The notes: generated by a model not told the origin, from the sequence alone. DNA of 64,000 nt from Myxococcales bacterium (GCA_023954815.1 JAGSHB010000012.1:982-64981); one strand, 5' to 3'; shown: positions 18,562-28,415, counted from the stretch's first letter. Numbers and translations are program-made.

Positions 18562-19497
18562 GTGGCGAGCGCTCTGCGGCCTTCTACGGCCCCTTCAAGC
18601 CGGACTGGGCATCCTTGGCTCTCCCTGATGGTGATGACAGTGCTGGCGGGCACCAGCGTGGCTTGCCAAGAGCAGCCGCTGGACGCCGCAGCCCCCAAAT
18701 TGCCTATCCCCAATACCCTTCCCGCGCTCAATCCGACACCGGTCGCATGGTCGGTGGCGAGGCGCGCACGCATGCTGCACGAAGACGGCGAGAAGGCGTT
18801 GTTGACAGGGCAGTTCAAAGACGCGCTCAGCCACCTGACGGGTGCCGTTCAATTGGACCCCAGTCGCATTGAAGCCCGGCTTGCCCTGGCGCGGCTGTAC
18901 GCAAAAGCCGGGCGGAGCAGCGTGTCGCTCACTTTGTTGGAGTCCATGGTCGCCAAGGACTGCGGCGGCTGCGTCGAGGCGCTGCAATTTGCGAAAGCCG
19001 ATCCGCTCTTTGTACCCATTTGGCAACATCGAAGAGGTCAGGCGCTGGCAGAGAAGCTGCCCACCGCGGCGCTGCCGTGGGAGCGCTGGGTTGAGCAGAC
19101 CAGCCATAGCTTTGCCGATGGCATTGGGCGTGAGCTGCCCAAGGTCGTTCATGCGCAGATCGGCTTCGAGTTGGTGCGCTCCTGCCCGGACTGTTCCAAC
19201 CCCGATCGCCGCAAGCCGGAGCGACGTCGCCTCTTCGGTGCCCGTATTGCCGTCAAGCTGGCCAGTCGCTTCAACACGACGCAGAAGCGTTTCGGTGGGG
19301 TCAACTTGATTGTGGGCGCAGCGCATACGCGCAAAGGACGCTGCGTCATTTGGTCCGTTCCGAGCCCCGTTCCTGTCGGGCAAGCCGCGCTCAGAGAGCT
19401 CTGTTTTCGCCCGCTGACGCCGACCCGAGCAGCGCTGACGAAGATCGACGTGGTCTACGGCCAGAGCGTCGTGGACGCAGCTAAGAAATCTCCCTAA
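18562..19497 (+). CDS. TPR-containing putative lipoprotein
   Basis: Lipobox SVAC; TPR-like GEKALLTGQFKDA...AVQLDP...ARLALARLY; CxxC motifs. Confidence 0.65.
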   Translation: MASALRPSTAPSSRTGHPWLSLMVMTVLAGTSVACQEQPLDAAAPKLPIPNTLPALNPTPVAWSVARRARMLHEDGEKALLTGQFKDALSHLTGAVQLDPSRIEARLALARLYAKAGRSSVSLTLLESMVAKDCGGCVEALQFAKADPLFVPIWQHRRGQALAEKLPTAALPWERWVEQTSHSFADGIGRELPKVVHAQIGFELVRSCPDCSNPDRRKPERRRLFGARIAVKLASRFNTTQKRFGGVNLIVGAAHTRKGRCVIWSVPSPVPVGQAALRELCFRPLTPTRAALTKIDVVYGQSVVDAAKKSP

Positions 19498-19524
19498 ACG
19501 CCAAATATTCTAGCGGAAGACGCG

Positions 19525-20076
19525 CTACTCGCCTGGATTGACGGCCCGAAAGGTCGGATGCGTCTCGAGGACGCAGTTGTCCTTCGTCGCCTTTGGGTCG
19601 CCGCGTCCTTCGTAAACGTACGTCGAATAGACGCCGTCGCAGTCCAGGTCACCGATGGCAGTGACCTTGTAGCGTGCATCACCGAAACTACCGCTGCCTT
19701 CGTAGCTATAGACAAAGCCTTGCGGCTCCTTGACCTCAATCTCCAGGGCGCGCCAGAGCAGGCGTTCCCAGTCTGTTTTGGCCGGGTCGCAGTGATTGCT
19801 CCCCTCGGCTCGGACGCGTTCATCACAGCAGCTCAGCGCTGGAGTTGAGCGGATCTCGCCGATTGGAAACTGGCATGGCGCCCGCTCAGCGCCGGTGCCC
19901 TGGCGTGGCTTGACGTAGTAGACGTGTGCGCGCTTCGCGATTCGGCCCAAGATGCTCATCGCGTCGGCGCTCTGACGCCTGCGCATCAACGCCGGCCATC
20001 CATAAGCAGCCGTAGCGAGCACCAGGACAAGCAACCCTGCAGCGGCAACCATCCATGTCTTGTTGTCACCCTTCAC
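19525..20076 (-). CDS. Type IV pilin-like protein lacking a canonical class III signal
   Basis: N-terminal hydrophobic helix followed by P..RRRQSADA..L.RI...A..YY; C-terminal TAIGDLDCDGVYSTY resembling myxobacterial pilins. Confidence 0.6.
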   Translation of the reverse strand: MKGDNKTWMVAAAGLLVLVLATAAYGWPALMRRRQSADAMSILGRIAKRAHVYYVKPRQGTGAERAPCQFPIGEIRSTPALSCCDERVRAEGSNHCDPAKTDWERLLWRALEIEVKEPQGFVYSYEGSGSFGDARYKVTAIGDLDCDGVYSTYVYEGRGDPKATKDNCVLETHPTFRAVNPGE

Positions 20077-20143
20077 CTTGGCTCCTCTTCATCGCACATC
20101 AACTGGGCAGTGCACTGACTCCGCTATCCTAGAGACCCGGCCC

Positions 20144-20190
20144 AAAACGACAAGCGCCGCACCCGAAAGTCCGGATGCGGCGCTTGCCTG
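20144..20190 (-). terminator. Rho-independent terminator of the repeat lipoprotein gene
   Basis: CAAGCGCCGCA...TGCGGCGCTTG stem with a T-run on the minus strand. Confidence 0.7.
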
Positions 20191-20221
20191 TTCGGCTGCT
20201 GCGGCGAACCACAGCGACGGA

Positions 20222-21862
20222 CTATTTGCCGGCGTACACGGCGATCAGCGTGCTGTAGGCGGCGCCCACAACTTTCAGCTTGATCTTGGCGCCGCGCTTG
20301 AGCTTGGCGAGCTCACCCTCGTTGGCCTTGGTGAAGTAGGCCTCGACGCGCGTGCCGCCGAAGCCAGCGGTCGCATCCTTGCAGGTGATGACGCCATGCT
20401 TGTCGCCGAGGTTCTTCTCGGTGCGAAGCAGCGCTTTTTTCTGCGAGCCGATGATCTTCAGCTTCGACACGAATGGCTTGAGGTTGATCTGGCAGGCGAT
20501 GGCCTTGCCAGCGTACTTCTTAGGCGACAGGGCGATACGACGCCAATCGCTCTCGCCGCCGGGCTCCACGCCACCACCTTCGATACCGGTGTACACACCC
20601 ACGAGGCGGTTCGAAACCACGCCCCAGATGTTGAACTTGACCTTGGTGTGCGAGGCGATCTTGAGCAGCTCTTCCTTCTTGCCCTTTTCGAAGAACAGCT
20701 TGACCGTGACGCTACCGCCCGAGGCCTGCTTGCACATGAGCGACGCCTTGTAGTCGTCGGTCTTGGGCTTGATGAGTGCGATTGCCTTGCGGTCGAGCAT
20801 GCCGATGGCGCTGGGCGTGGGCGATGTCAGGCTCTCGCAGGAGACCTCCTTGCCGATGTGGGGCTTGGGGTCGAGCAGGACGGCTTTCAGATCGCCAGCA
20901 CCACCACCCTCGATGGCGCCGCTCTTGACCTCGCCGAACACGCCGACGAGCTGGTTACGCTGGAAACCCTTGATGGTTGCGGTGAACTTGGTCTCACGAC
21001 CGAGCTTGAGCACCTCGCCAGCCTTGTCTTTCGGGAAGAAGAGGATGATGCCGACGCTGCCGCCGCGCTTGTCCTCGCAGCGCACGAGCGCCTTCTTGTC
21101 AGCCATGCCATCGCCAGCCTGCTCTGCGGCCTTCTTGTCGAAGCGCTGAACGGCCTTCGGCGTGACCGAGAGCTTGGAGTTGCAGGTGATGGTCTTGCCC
21201 TTGAGCTTCTCGGGCCAGATGAGGCCGCTCATCAGATCCGGCGCATCCTTGTCGAACATGGATTTGCGCGGCGCCTTCACGATGCCTTTGTACAGACCGA
21301 CAACCTGGCTGTAGTTCTTGCCCTTGATCTCGACGTTGACCTGCGTCTCACGGTCGATGTGCAGCAAGTCGCCCTTCGTGCCCTTGGGGAAGAAGGTCTG
21401 AACCGGCGTGCTCTTGAGGCCACCCTCTTTGGTGCGGCAGAAGAACGTCGTCCGACGATCGTCGACATCACCCGTGATCATCGCCAGGGCTTTCTTGTCG
21501 GAGAACGCGCTGATGGCCATCGGGGCAGGCGACAGCAAGTTGCGGCAGAGCAAGGTCTTGCCCTTGAATGACTCGACGTCCTTCTTCACCGCGGCGAAGT
21601 CAGCAGCCTCTCCGGCCTTGACCAGCTTGGGCGGCGGCGGGGCGTCGTCGGCTTTGTCAGCTGCCTTGTCAGCGGTCTTGTCTGCGACCTTGTCAGCTGC
21701 CTTTTCGGCTGCTTTTGCGGCCTCCTTGGCACCTTCGGCCACTTTCTCTTTGATGTTCTCGACGCTCTCTTTGGCCTTACCGCAACCCGTCGAAAGGGCT
21801 GCCGCGGCACAGAGGGCCATGGCGGGCGCGACGACACGGCGCCAACGCGAATAGTTCAGCAT
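20222..21862 (-). CDS. Lys-rich lipoprotein with four tandem ~110-aa two-Cys repeats
   Basis: Lipobox STGC; AEKA/ADK linker; four GKx3C...C...(F/Y)F.K....L......K......G....L(V/I)(G/A)(V/L)(Y/F) units. Confidence 0.85.
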   Translation of the reverse strand: MLNYSRWRRVVAPAMALCAAAALSTGCGKAKESVENIKEKVAEGAKEAAKAAEKAADKVADKTADKAADKADDAPPPPKLVKAGEAADFAAVKKDVESFKGKTLLCRNLLSPAPMAISAFSDKKALAMITGDVDDRRTTFFCRTKEGGLKSTPVQTFFPKGTKGDLLHIDRETQVNVEIKGKNYSQVVGLYKGIVKAPRKSMFDKDAPDLMSGLIWPEKLKGKTITCNSKLSVTPKAVQRFDKKAAEQAGDGMADKKALVRCEDKRGGSVGIILFFPKDKAGEVLKLGRETKFTATIKGFQRNQLVGVFGEVKSGAIEGGGAGDLKAVLLDPKPHIGKEVSCESLTSPTPSAIGMLDRKAIALIKPKTDDYKASLMCKQASGGSVTVKLFFEKGKKEELLKIASHTKVKFNIWGVVSNRLVGVYTGIEGGGVEPGGESDWRRIALSPKKYAGKAIACQINLKPFVSKLKIIGSQKKALLRTEKNLGDKHGVITCKDATAGFGGTRVEAYFTKANEGELAKLKRGAKIKLKVVGAAYSTLIAVYAGK

Positions 21863-22260
21863 GGGATATCCTCATTAGGGGCTCGGCCAGTGGCGCCGGG
21901 CTGGTGAATTCGAGACGGGCGACAGGTACACCTGGGACCGGCTGAGACGTATGGACGGGCGGATGGTTCAACTCTGCAACAATGCTTGTCAAGTCAAGGT
22001 TTCGTTGAAAGAGCGAAGTGAACTAGGAAATCGCCCCAAAATGGATCAATTCGCCGACTGGGAGCGCACTGCAACCGCCCGCCTGCATTCGAAGAGCGTC
22101 CGCCTGACCGAATTCACCCATCGTTGACGCAGTGTGTCAAAGTTTCTAGGCTCGCGCTCCGAATGGTGGCGAATGGCGCCAACGACGACATGCAGGGCGA
22201 TCTGGTCACCGTGGCTTTTCCTACAGCCGCGCGTGAACCGAGACGCCCCAGGAGCGCAAC

Positions 22261-23424
22261 ATGGGTGAGCGGGCGAGTGCGTGGATCCTTCCCAACTCGG
22301 AGAAGGAAAATAAGGGCGGCAACGACATTCAGATCCAAGAGATCACCCTGCCAGATGTCGGCGAGGACGAGTGCCTTGTCGAGCCGATTTACGGCTGCTG
22401 GGAAGGCAACATGTCCCACGCCATCGACCGTAAGCCTGTCGATGTAGCGCAGCAACGGGGCGAAGACTTCGTCGTCTTGGGCAACGCCGGCGTCGTTCGC
22501 GTGCTGCGGACCGGTGCAAACGTGTCGACCGTGACCGAGGGCCAGCACGCGCTGCTGTTCTGCAATGGTGTCTGGGATAAGTGGGGCTACCCTATCAAGA
22601 TCTTCGGCTATGACGCACCGGGCTCCATCGGCCTGCTCTCGAAACGGACGGTGTTGCACGAAAAGCAGGTCATCCCGATCCCCGACAACAGCCGCTACAC
22701 CCTCAAGCAGTGGGCGGCGTTCTCCTTGCGCTACATCACGGCTTGGTCCAACTGGCAGCAGGCTTACGGCTGCTGGCGCGTGCAAATGACCCAAGAGGAC
22801 TGCCCTTCCCCCTACGTCTGGGGGTGGGGTGGCGGCGTCAGCTGGGCGGAGTTGACCCTCGCGCGCTTCTCCGGTGCCAAAGTCACGATGATCAGTGGTA
22901 ATCCCAAACGCTTGCGCGCCATCCGTCGTGCCGGCATGAACGCCGTTGACCGTCGCGCGTTCCCCGATTTGGACTATGACTCAGCGCGCTACCGCGGCGA
23001 CAAGGAGTTCAAGACGCGCTACCTGGAGAGCGAGCGCGTCTTCCTGCGGACCATTGAAGAGCAGACCGACGGCTTGGGGGTCAGCATCTTCCTCGACTAT
23101 GTCGGCTCACCGGTGACCCGGGCGACGATCAAGGCCCTGTCTCGCCAGGGTGTCGTCGCCACAGCTGGCTGGAAGGAGGGCATGAAGATCCAGCATATTC
23201 GTGCCATTGAGTGCATCGAGCGGCACACCCACGTGCACACGCACTACGCACGCTATACCCAAGGCCGAGCGGCGGTGCAATTCGCCGAGAACACCGGGTG
23301 GATGCCGGACGATACCGTCGACATGGACGTGTACGACTTCCAGGAGATCCCCAAGTTGCACGAGGACTACAACTCGGGCCACACCCACTCCTACTTTCCG
23401 ATTTTCGAGATCAACAAGCCTTGA
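22261..23424 (+). CDS. Medium-chain dehydrogenase/reductase (MDR) superfamily protein, divergent
   Basis: GroES-like N-domain (LPDVGEDECLVE...VVLGNAGVVRV), Rossmann VWGWGGGVS, IFLDYVG, ATAGW. Confidence 0.8.
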   Translation: MGERASAWILPNSEKENKGGNDIQIQEITLPDVGEDECLVEPIYGCWEGNMSHAIDRKPVDVAQQRGEDFVVLGNAGVVRVLRTGANVSTVTEGQHALLFCNGVWDKWGYPIKIFGYDAPGSIGLLSKRTVLHEKQVIPIPDNSRYTLKQWAAFSLRYITAWSNWQQAYGCWRVQMTQEDCPSPYVWGWGGGVSWAELTLARFSGAKVTMISGNPKRLRAIRRAGMNAVDRRAFPDLDYDSARYRGDKEFKTRYLESERVFLRTIEEQTDGLGVSIFLDYVGSPVTRATIKALSRQGVVATAGWKEGMKIQHIRAIECIERHTHVHTHYARYTQGRAAVQFAENTGWMPDDTVDMDVYDFQEIPKLHEDYNSGHTHSYFPIFEINKP

Positions 23425-23441
23425 TTGAGACCGCAGTCGTT

Positions 23442-23473
23442 GGTCACCGCCCCTCATCAGTGGGGCGGTGACC
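23442..23473. other. Perfect 12-bp GC hairpin between the MDR gene and mcd (terminator or mRNA stabiliser)
   Basis: GGTCACCGCCCC-N8-GGGGCGGTGACC; no U-tract. Confidence 0.5.
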
Positions 23474-23544
23474 CCTGCTCGCCGCAAGCGGTGCCCTGAG
23501 CGCCAATATTCGCATCACAATCTGCTGTCATGGAGTGCCAACCG

Positions 23545-25194
23545 ATGTCTACCGACTCCGCCATCCACGCGGCGCTCAGCCAATGCGAAAGGGCCACCCG
23601 CCAACTCATCACGCAGCTCGCCAAAGCGGTCGAAGACCCCGCAAAACCGGGCCGTCCGTCGACTGCGCTGCTCCATGGGCTCGGTGAAGAGGCCTTCATC
23701 CTGGCGCGATTGGTCGCCGAGGTGCAGGCCGCAGAGATCGTCCTCGGTGCCTTTGCCAAACTGCCGGGCGATGCGCCGCAACGACGCTTGGCTCGCTATG
23801 CGGCAGCGCGGGTAGTGCGCTCTGTGGAGGCGACGCTGGTGCTGGAGTGCCCGACCTGGTGCGGCGGCTCTGACACACGGGTGGAGTTGGATGCGGACAC
23901 GCGTGCGGCGGTCCTCGCAGCCAGTGATTCCGCCGTTGTCGCTGGGCTGTCGGACTGGCTCCTGGAGGGCGGCGCCTCTGCCCCGACCTCGTACGCACTC
24001 AGCGATGATCATGAGGATATTCGCTCCCTGTTTCGTGATTTCGCCGACGGCCAAGTGGCGCCGCTGGCCGAACATATCCACCGCCACGATGCGCTGATCC
24101 CGGAAGATCTCATCGCAGCCTACGGTGAACTGGGCGCGCTAGGCATCACCATCCCCGACGACTACGGCGGCCAGTTCATCGACCATCGCTCCATGGCGCT
24201 GGCCACCGAGGAGCTGTCACGGGCATCGCTAGGGGCGGGCGGCTCGGTCATCACGCGGCCCGAGATCGCGAGCAAGGCCCTGCTGAAAGGCGGCACGGAA
24301 GCGCAAAAGAAGTACTGGCTTCCCAAGATCGCGAGCGGCAAGGAGATCGTCTCCATCGCTGTCACCGAACCCAACGCGGGCTCCGATGTGGCACGGCTGC
24401 GCGTCACGGCCAAACAGGTCGACGGCGGGTGGGTCATCAACGGCGAAAAGACGTGGTGCACCTTCGCCGGCCGGGCATCCGTCATGCTGGTGCTCGCGCG
24501 CACTGGGTCCGTCGAAGATCGTGCTCGTGGCCTCACGTTGTTCCTGGTGCCCAAACCAGCGACCAAAGCGCCCGACGACGACCACGCTTTTTCCCACACA
24601 GACGGTAAGGGCGGCAGCATCTCAGGGCGCGCCATCCCGACGGTCGGCTACCGCGGCATGCACAGCTTCACCGTGTTCTTTGAGAATTGGTTCGTCGCCG
24701 ACGACCTGCGCATCGGCGAGCCCGGCGCCGGATTTGGCCTGCAGATGGCTGGCTTCGCAGGCGGCCGAATTCAGACGGCTGCCCGTGCTGTTGGCGTCAT
24801 GGAGGCAGCCCTGCGCAGCGCCGTCGCCTACTGCATTGAACGCAAGGTGTTCGGCAGCGCCCTGGCCGACCTGCCGCTGGTACGACGCAAGCTGGTCGAC
24901 ATGGCCGCACGCATCGCGCTGAGCCGGCAGATGACGTACGCCGTATGCGATGAGATGGACGAAGGCGCCGGCCAAATGGAAGCCAGTTTGGTGAAGCTGC
25001 TGGCCTGCCGCGATGCCGAGACCGTGACCAGAGAAGCCATGCAGCTGCACGGCGGCATGGGCTACAGCGAGGAGTATGCGGTCAGCCGCTACTGGCAAGA
25101 CGCGCGCGTGTTGTCGATCTTCGAGGGAGCCGAGGAAGTGCTCGCCATCTTGGTCATCACCCGCAGCCTGCTCCGCGACGCCCTGGCTGGGTAG
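23545..25194 (+). CDS. mcd: Long-form acyl-CoA dehydrogenase, (2S)-methylsuccinyl-CoA dehydrogenase-like
   Basis: ~150-aa N-terminal extension; TEELSRASLGAGGSVITRPEI, TEPNAGSD, GYRGMHS, GRIQTAARAVG, LSIFEGAEE; adjacent to an ecm-like gene. Confidence 0.75.
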   Translation: MSTDSAIHAALSQCERATRQLITQLAKAVEDPAKPGRPSTALLHGLGEEAFILARLVAEVQAAEIVLGAFAKLPGDAPQRRLARYAAARVVRSVEATLVLECPTWCGGSDTRVELDADTRAAVLAASDSAVVAGLSDWLLEGGASAPTSYALSDDHEDIRSLFRDFADGQVAPLAEHIHRHDALIPEDLIAAYGELGALGITIPDDYGGQFIDHRSMALATEELSRASLGAGGSVITRPEIASKALLKGGTEAQKKYWLPKIASGKEIVSIAVTEPNAGSDVARLRVTAKQVDGGWVINGEKTWCTFAGRASVMLVLARTGSVEDRARGLTLFLVPKPATKAPDDDHAFSHTDGKGGSISGRAIPTVGYRGMHSFTVFFENWFVADDLRIGEPGAGFGLQMAGFAGGRIQTAARAVGVMEAALRSAVAYCIERKVFGSALADLPLVRRKLVDMAARIALSRQMTYAVCDEMDEGAGQMEASLVKLLACRDAETVTREAMQLHGGMGYSEEYAVSRYWQDARVLSIFEGAEEVLAILVITRSLLRDALAG

Positions 25195-25222
25195 CGCTCC
25201 CGTCCCCCATCCGGAGAATCGA

Positions 25223-27142
25223 ATGACCGCTATGAAAAAGCGCAGCCCGTGGATCATTCGCACGTACGCTGGTTTTGGCGATGCGACTGAGAGTAATCAG
25301 CGTTTTCGCGACAATCTGGCTCGTGGTCAGCGCGGATTGTCAGTCGCTTTTGACCTACCGACCCAATGCGGCTTGGACGCAGATGATCCGCTCGCACGCG
25401 GTGAGGTCGGTCAGACGGGCGTGTCCGTCGCTCACCTGGGTGACATGCGGGACTTGTTCGACGAATTGGACCTGTCGGCCGTCAACACCTCGCTGACCAT
25501 TAACGCCACGGCCCCCTGGCTCTACGCGATGTATCTGGCCCTGGCCGACGAACGCGGTGTGCCGCGGCAGGTGCTGCGCGGCACCACGCAAAACGACCTG
25601 CTCAAGGAATTCGTCGCGCGTGGGACCTACGTCTTTAGCCCCGACGTGTCTTTTCGACTGAGCACCGACTTGGTCGTCGCCGCCATGACCCACACGCCCA
25701 AGTGGAATCCGACCAATTGCTGCGGTTACCACCTGATGGAATCAGGCGCTGGCCCCGAAGAAGAGGTCGGCTACGCCTTGCTCGGTGCGCTCTTTGTCTT
25801 GGAAGCGGTGCGGCCCAAGCTCGACGACGCGGCCTTCGAACGGGTCGTCAACGCTATCAGCTTCTTCATCAACAGCGGCATCGAGCTCGTGCCCGAGATC
25901 GCCAAGGTCCGGGCCTACGCCAAGCTGTGGCCCGACCTCTGTGAGGAGCGCTATGGTCTGCGCCCCAGATGGCGGGCGGGCTGCCAGGTACGGTCGCTGT
26001 CGCTCGCCGCCAAGCAGCCAGAGATCAACATCGTTCGCATCGCGCTATCGGCTATGCCGGTGCTAATCAGCGCCAATGCCCGCGTGGGCGCTTTGCAACT
26101 GCCAGGATTCCGCGAGGCGCTGGGGCTGCCCGACGAGGCCGAGCAGGTCCTGTCGCTGCGTACCCAACAGGTGTGGATGCATGAGACGGGGATCGCGGAC
26201 TACCCGGATATTTTCGAAGGTAGCGTGGTCATCGAGGGGGAGACGTCGCGGATCGAACAGGCTGCCCGCGACATCATCGACGCTGGCCTGACCCAGGGAT
26301 ACACGGCCACCATCGAAGGCCTCGCTGGCTTGCTGAGTGAACGGATGGCCCAATGGCAGCAAGGGATCGAGTCCGGTACGCAGGTCATGGTCGGGGTCAA
26401 CCGCTTTGGTGAGGCGCTTCCGGTGGCGAGAGAGTCCGCCGCCGCCATGCCAACTCCCTCGGACGAAATCGAGCGCGCACGCATAGCTGAGCTGCAATCC
26501 TGGCGCGCAGCCCGAGACGAAAGCGCCTGGTCGGCTGCCCGGGAGACCCTCATCGCCGCCGCCCGCGACGGCAGCAGCCTCATCGAACCCTCCGTGCAGT
26601 TCGCCAAAGCAGGTGGCACCACCGGTGAGTGGACCAAGGCCTTGCATACCGTGTTTGGCCCCAGATATGCGGCGCCGTTGGGCGTCAGCGGAAGCTCGCT
26701 CGGCAGCGCACCGACCCGTGGCCATGAAGCCGGGCGACGTCGGCGCGTTCTACTCGCCAAGGCTGGCCTCGATGGTCACGTCAACGCACTCCGCCTGCTC
26801 GCGGTCGCGCTACGTCAGGCTGGTTTTGAGGTCGTCTACGCTGGCCCAGCCCAAACACCGGACGCCATCGCTCACGCAGCCGTCTCTGAAGCCGTCGACG
26901 TTATTGGCGTGTCGAGTCTCTCCGGCGCGCATCTGTGGGTCGCCGGCGCCCTGCAGGCCGCCCTGTCAGCGCGCAATGCCGAGGACATTCCGGTCGTCAT
27001 GGGGGGAATTTTGCCGCCAGACGACCACGCTGCCCTGACGGATAGCGGCGTTCGCGCCCTCTTTGGCCCTGGGACGCCGCTCCCGGAGATCATCGCTGCC
27101 CTCACCGAGCTCTCAGGCGCAGCGACCAGCCCGATCGGGTAG
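25223..27142 (+). CDS. ecm: B12-dependent ethylmalonyl-CoA mutase-like protein (MeaA/Ecm)
   Basis: Short N-terminus PWIIRTYAG, GLSVAFDLPTQ, GTTQND; Ecm-type Gly (RAGCQV) and Pro (LQLP); C-terminal B12 domain GLDGH, SSLSGAH. Confidence 0.8.
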   Translation: MTAMKKRSPWIIRTYAGFGDATESNQRFRDNLARGQRGLSVAFDLPTQCGLDADDPLARGEVGQTGVSVAHLGDMRDLFDELDLSAVNTSLTINATAPWLYAMYLALADERGVPRQVLRGTTQNDLLKEFVARGTYVFSPDVSFRLSTDLVVAAMTHTPKWNPTNCCGYHLMESGAGPEEEVGYALLGALFVLEAVRPKLDDAAFERVVNAISFFINSGIELVPEIAKVRAYAKLWPDLCEERYGLRPRWRAGCQVRSLSLAAKQPEINIVRIALSAMPVLISANARVGALQLPGFREALGLPDEAEQVLSLRTQQVWMHETGIADYPDIFEGSVVIEGETSRIEQAARDIIDAGLTQGYTATIEGLAGLLSERMAQWQQGIESGTQVMVGVNRFGEALPVARESAAAMPTPSDEIERARIAELQSWRAARDESAWSAARETLIAAARDGSSLIEPSVQFAKAGGTTGEWTKALHTVFGPRYAAPLGVSGSSLGSAPTRGHEAGRRRRVLLAKAGLDGHVNALRLLAVALRQAGFEVVYAGPAQTPDAIAHAAVSEAVDVIGVSSLSGAHLWVAGALQAALSARNAEDIPVVMGGILPPDDHAALTDSGVRALFGPGTPLPEIIAALTELSGAATSPIG

Positions 27143-27264
27143 ACCGCACAGACGAGGTGCGCGCCGCGACTGTTTGGGAAAATGGCGTTTGTCGGCTATT
27201 GCTATGACTCGCATCGAGCCCCGCCCTGCTCGATCCGCACCGCCAAGCTGGCTCGGAGTTATAG

Positions 27265-28191
27265 ATGAGCGAGATCATCATCCCCCCGCCGACCGGTGAC
27301 TTATCGCAGTCCGATCACGACTATCTGGCTGAAGCAGCGGCCTATTTGGAGCGTCCCGGCTTCCTCGTTCGACTCACCAATAAGGTCGGTCGTCCTGCCG
27401 AAGCGCTGATCAAACGTCTGCCCGGACCGGCGAGCAAAATAGTCCTCAGGTCGACGGACAAGGCGCTGCGTGTGGCACTGCGCGCCGCGCTCTTCAGCCT
27501 CCCGCGCGGCCAGATCGACGTGTCCGACCAGCACGTGCGCGCCCTGCATGCGGCGACCTTCCAATCGGGCGGTCTACACAGCGCAGCGACGTACGTCACA
27601 GGATTTACCGGCGGCATGCTCGGCGCGCCGGCGCTGCCCATCGAACTTCCCGCGACAACGGCCATCATGCTGCGCTCCATCGCCGATATCGCCCGCACCA
27701 TGGGCGCTGACCTGTCGACTGAGGAAGCCCGCCTAGAGTGCTTGGCCGTGTTTGGCCTGGGCAGCTCGGAGGCGCCAGGGGCGGAGATGCGCGCAGCGAT
27801 GGACGATGGCCAAAACGGGATTGAGACCGGCTACTACGCTGTTCGCAGCAGTCTCGCTTCGGCCACGCAAGCAGCTGCGGCCTGGGCGACAACGGCCTCC
27901 CCGCAGCAGGTGGCAGCGGCACTTTCGAAGGGGCGCTCTTCCGCAATTTCAAGATTGGTCGCGGTCATCGCGAGTCGCTTTTCCGTGGTGGTCTCGCAAA
28001 AAACGGTGCTGCAGCTGCTGCCCGTGCTCGGCGCCGCCACAGGAACGGCGACCAACCTCGCGTTCATCGATCATTTCAACCACGTCGCACGCTACCACTT
28101 CGGTCTCCGTCTCCTCGAGCAGCGCTACGGCGCCGACGTTGTGCGCGGGGCCTATCAGCGGCACGCCCTGGCGCTGCCCGCCCCTGAGTAG
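27265..28191 (+). CDS. EcsC family protein
   Basis: LERP...RL...VG.P.E, ELPATTAIMLRSIADIAR..G.DL....RLECL.VF.LG, YYAVR, LPVLGA..G...N..F..HF...A..HF. Confidence 0.85.
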   Translation: MSEIIIPPPTGDLSQSDHDYLAEAAAYLERPGFLVRLTNKVGRPAEALIKRLPGPASKIVLRSTDKALRVALRAALFSLPRGQIDVSDQHVRALHAATFQSGGLHSAATYVTGFTGGMLGAPALPIELPATTAIMLRSIADIARTMGADLSTEEARLECLAVFGLGSSEAPGAEMRAAMDDGQNGIETGYYAVRSSLASATQAAAAWATTASPQQVAAALSKGRSSAISRLVAVIASRFSVVVSQKTVLQLLPVLGAATGTATNLAFIDHFNHVARYHFGLRLLEQRYGADVVRGAYQRHALALPAPE

Positions 28192-28208
28192 ACCGAACGC
28201 GGCCCGAG

Positions 28209-28378
28209 CAGCGTGCGGCGTAATTAGAATTACTGCCCGTGCACACTGCTCGTTTTCTTCATCATTGGGGGGCTAAGAGCGCCCCCAGTCGCGGCGAGCC
28301 GCGACTGCCCCATCCCAGCAGACTGCGATGCAAGTGCGTCCTTCTCCGAAAAATCGAGAACAAGCGCAGTCTGCTAGG
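28209..28378. repeat. 170-bp multi-hairpin dispersed repeat, copy A
   Basis: Aligns end to end with the reverse complement of 31433-31602; four internal palindromes. Confidence 0.9.
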
Positions 28379-28415
28379 CGACACCCACCCGACAAACCGA
28401 TCCAGGGAGCATTCC

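Noticed and set aside
22261-23424. Annotating this gene as ccr
   Set aside because: Lacks recognisable Ccr signatures; kept as a divergent MDR
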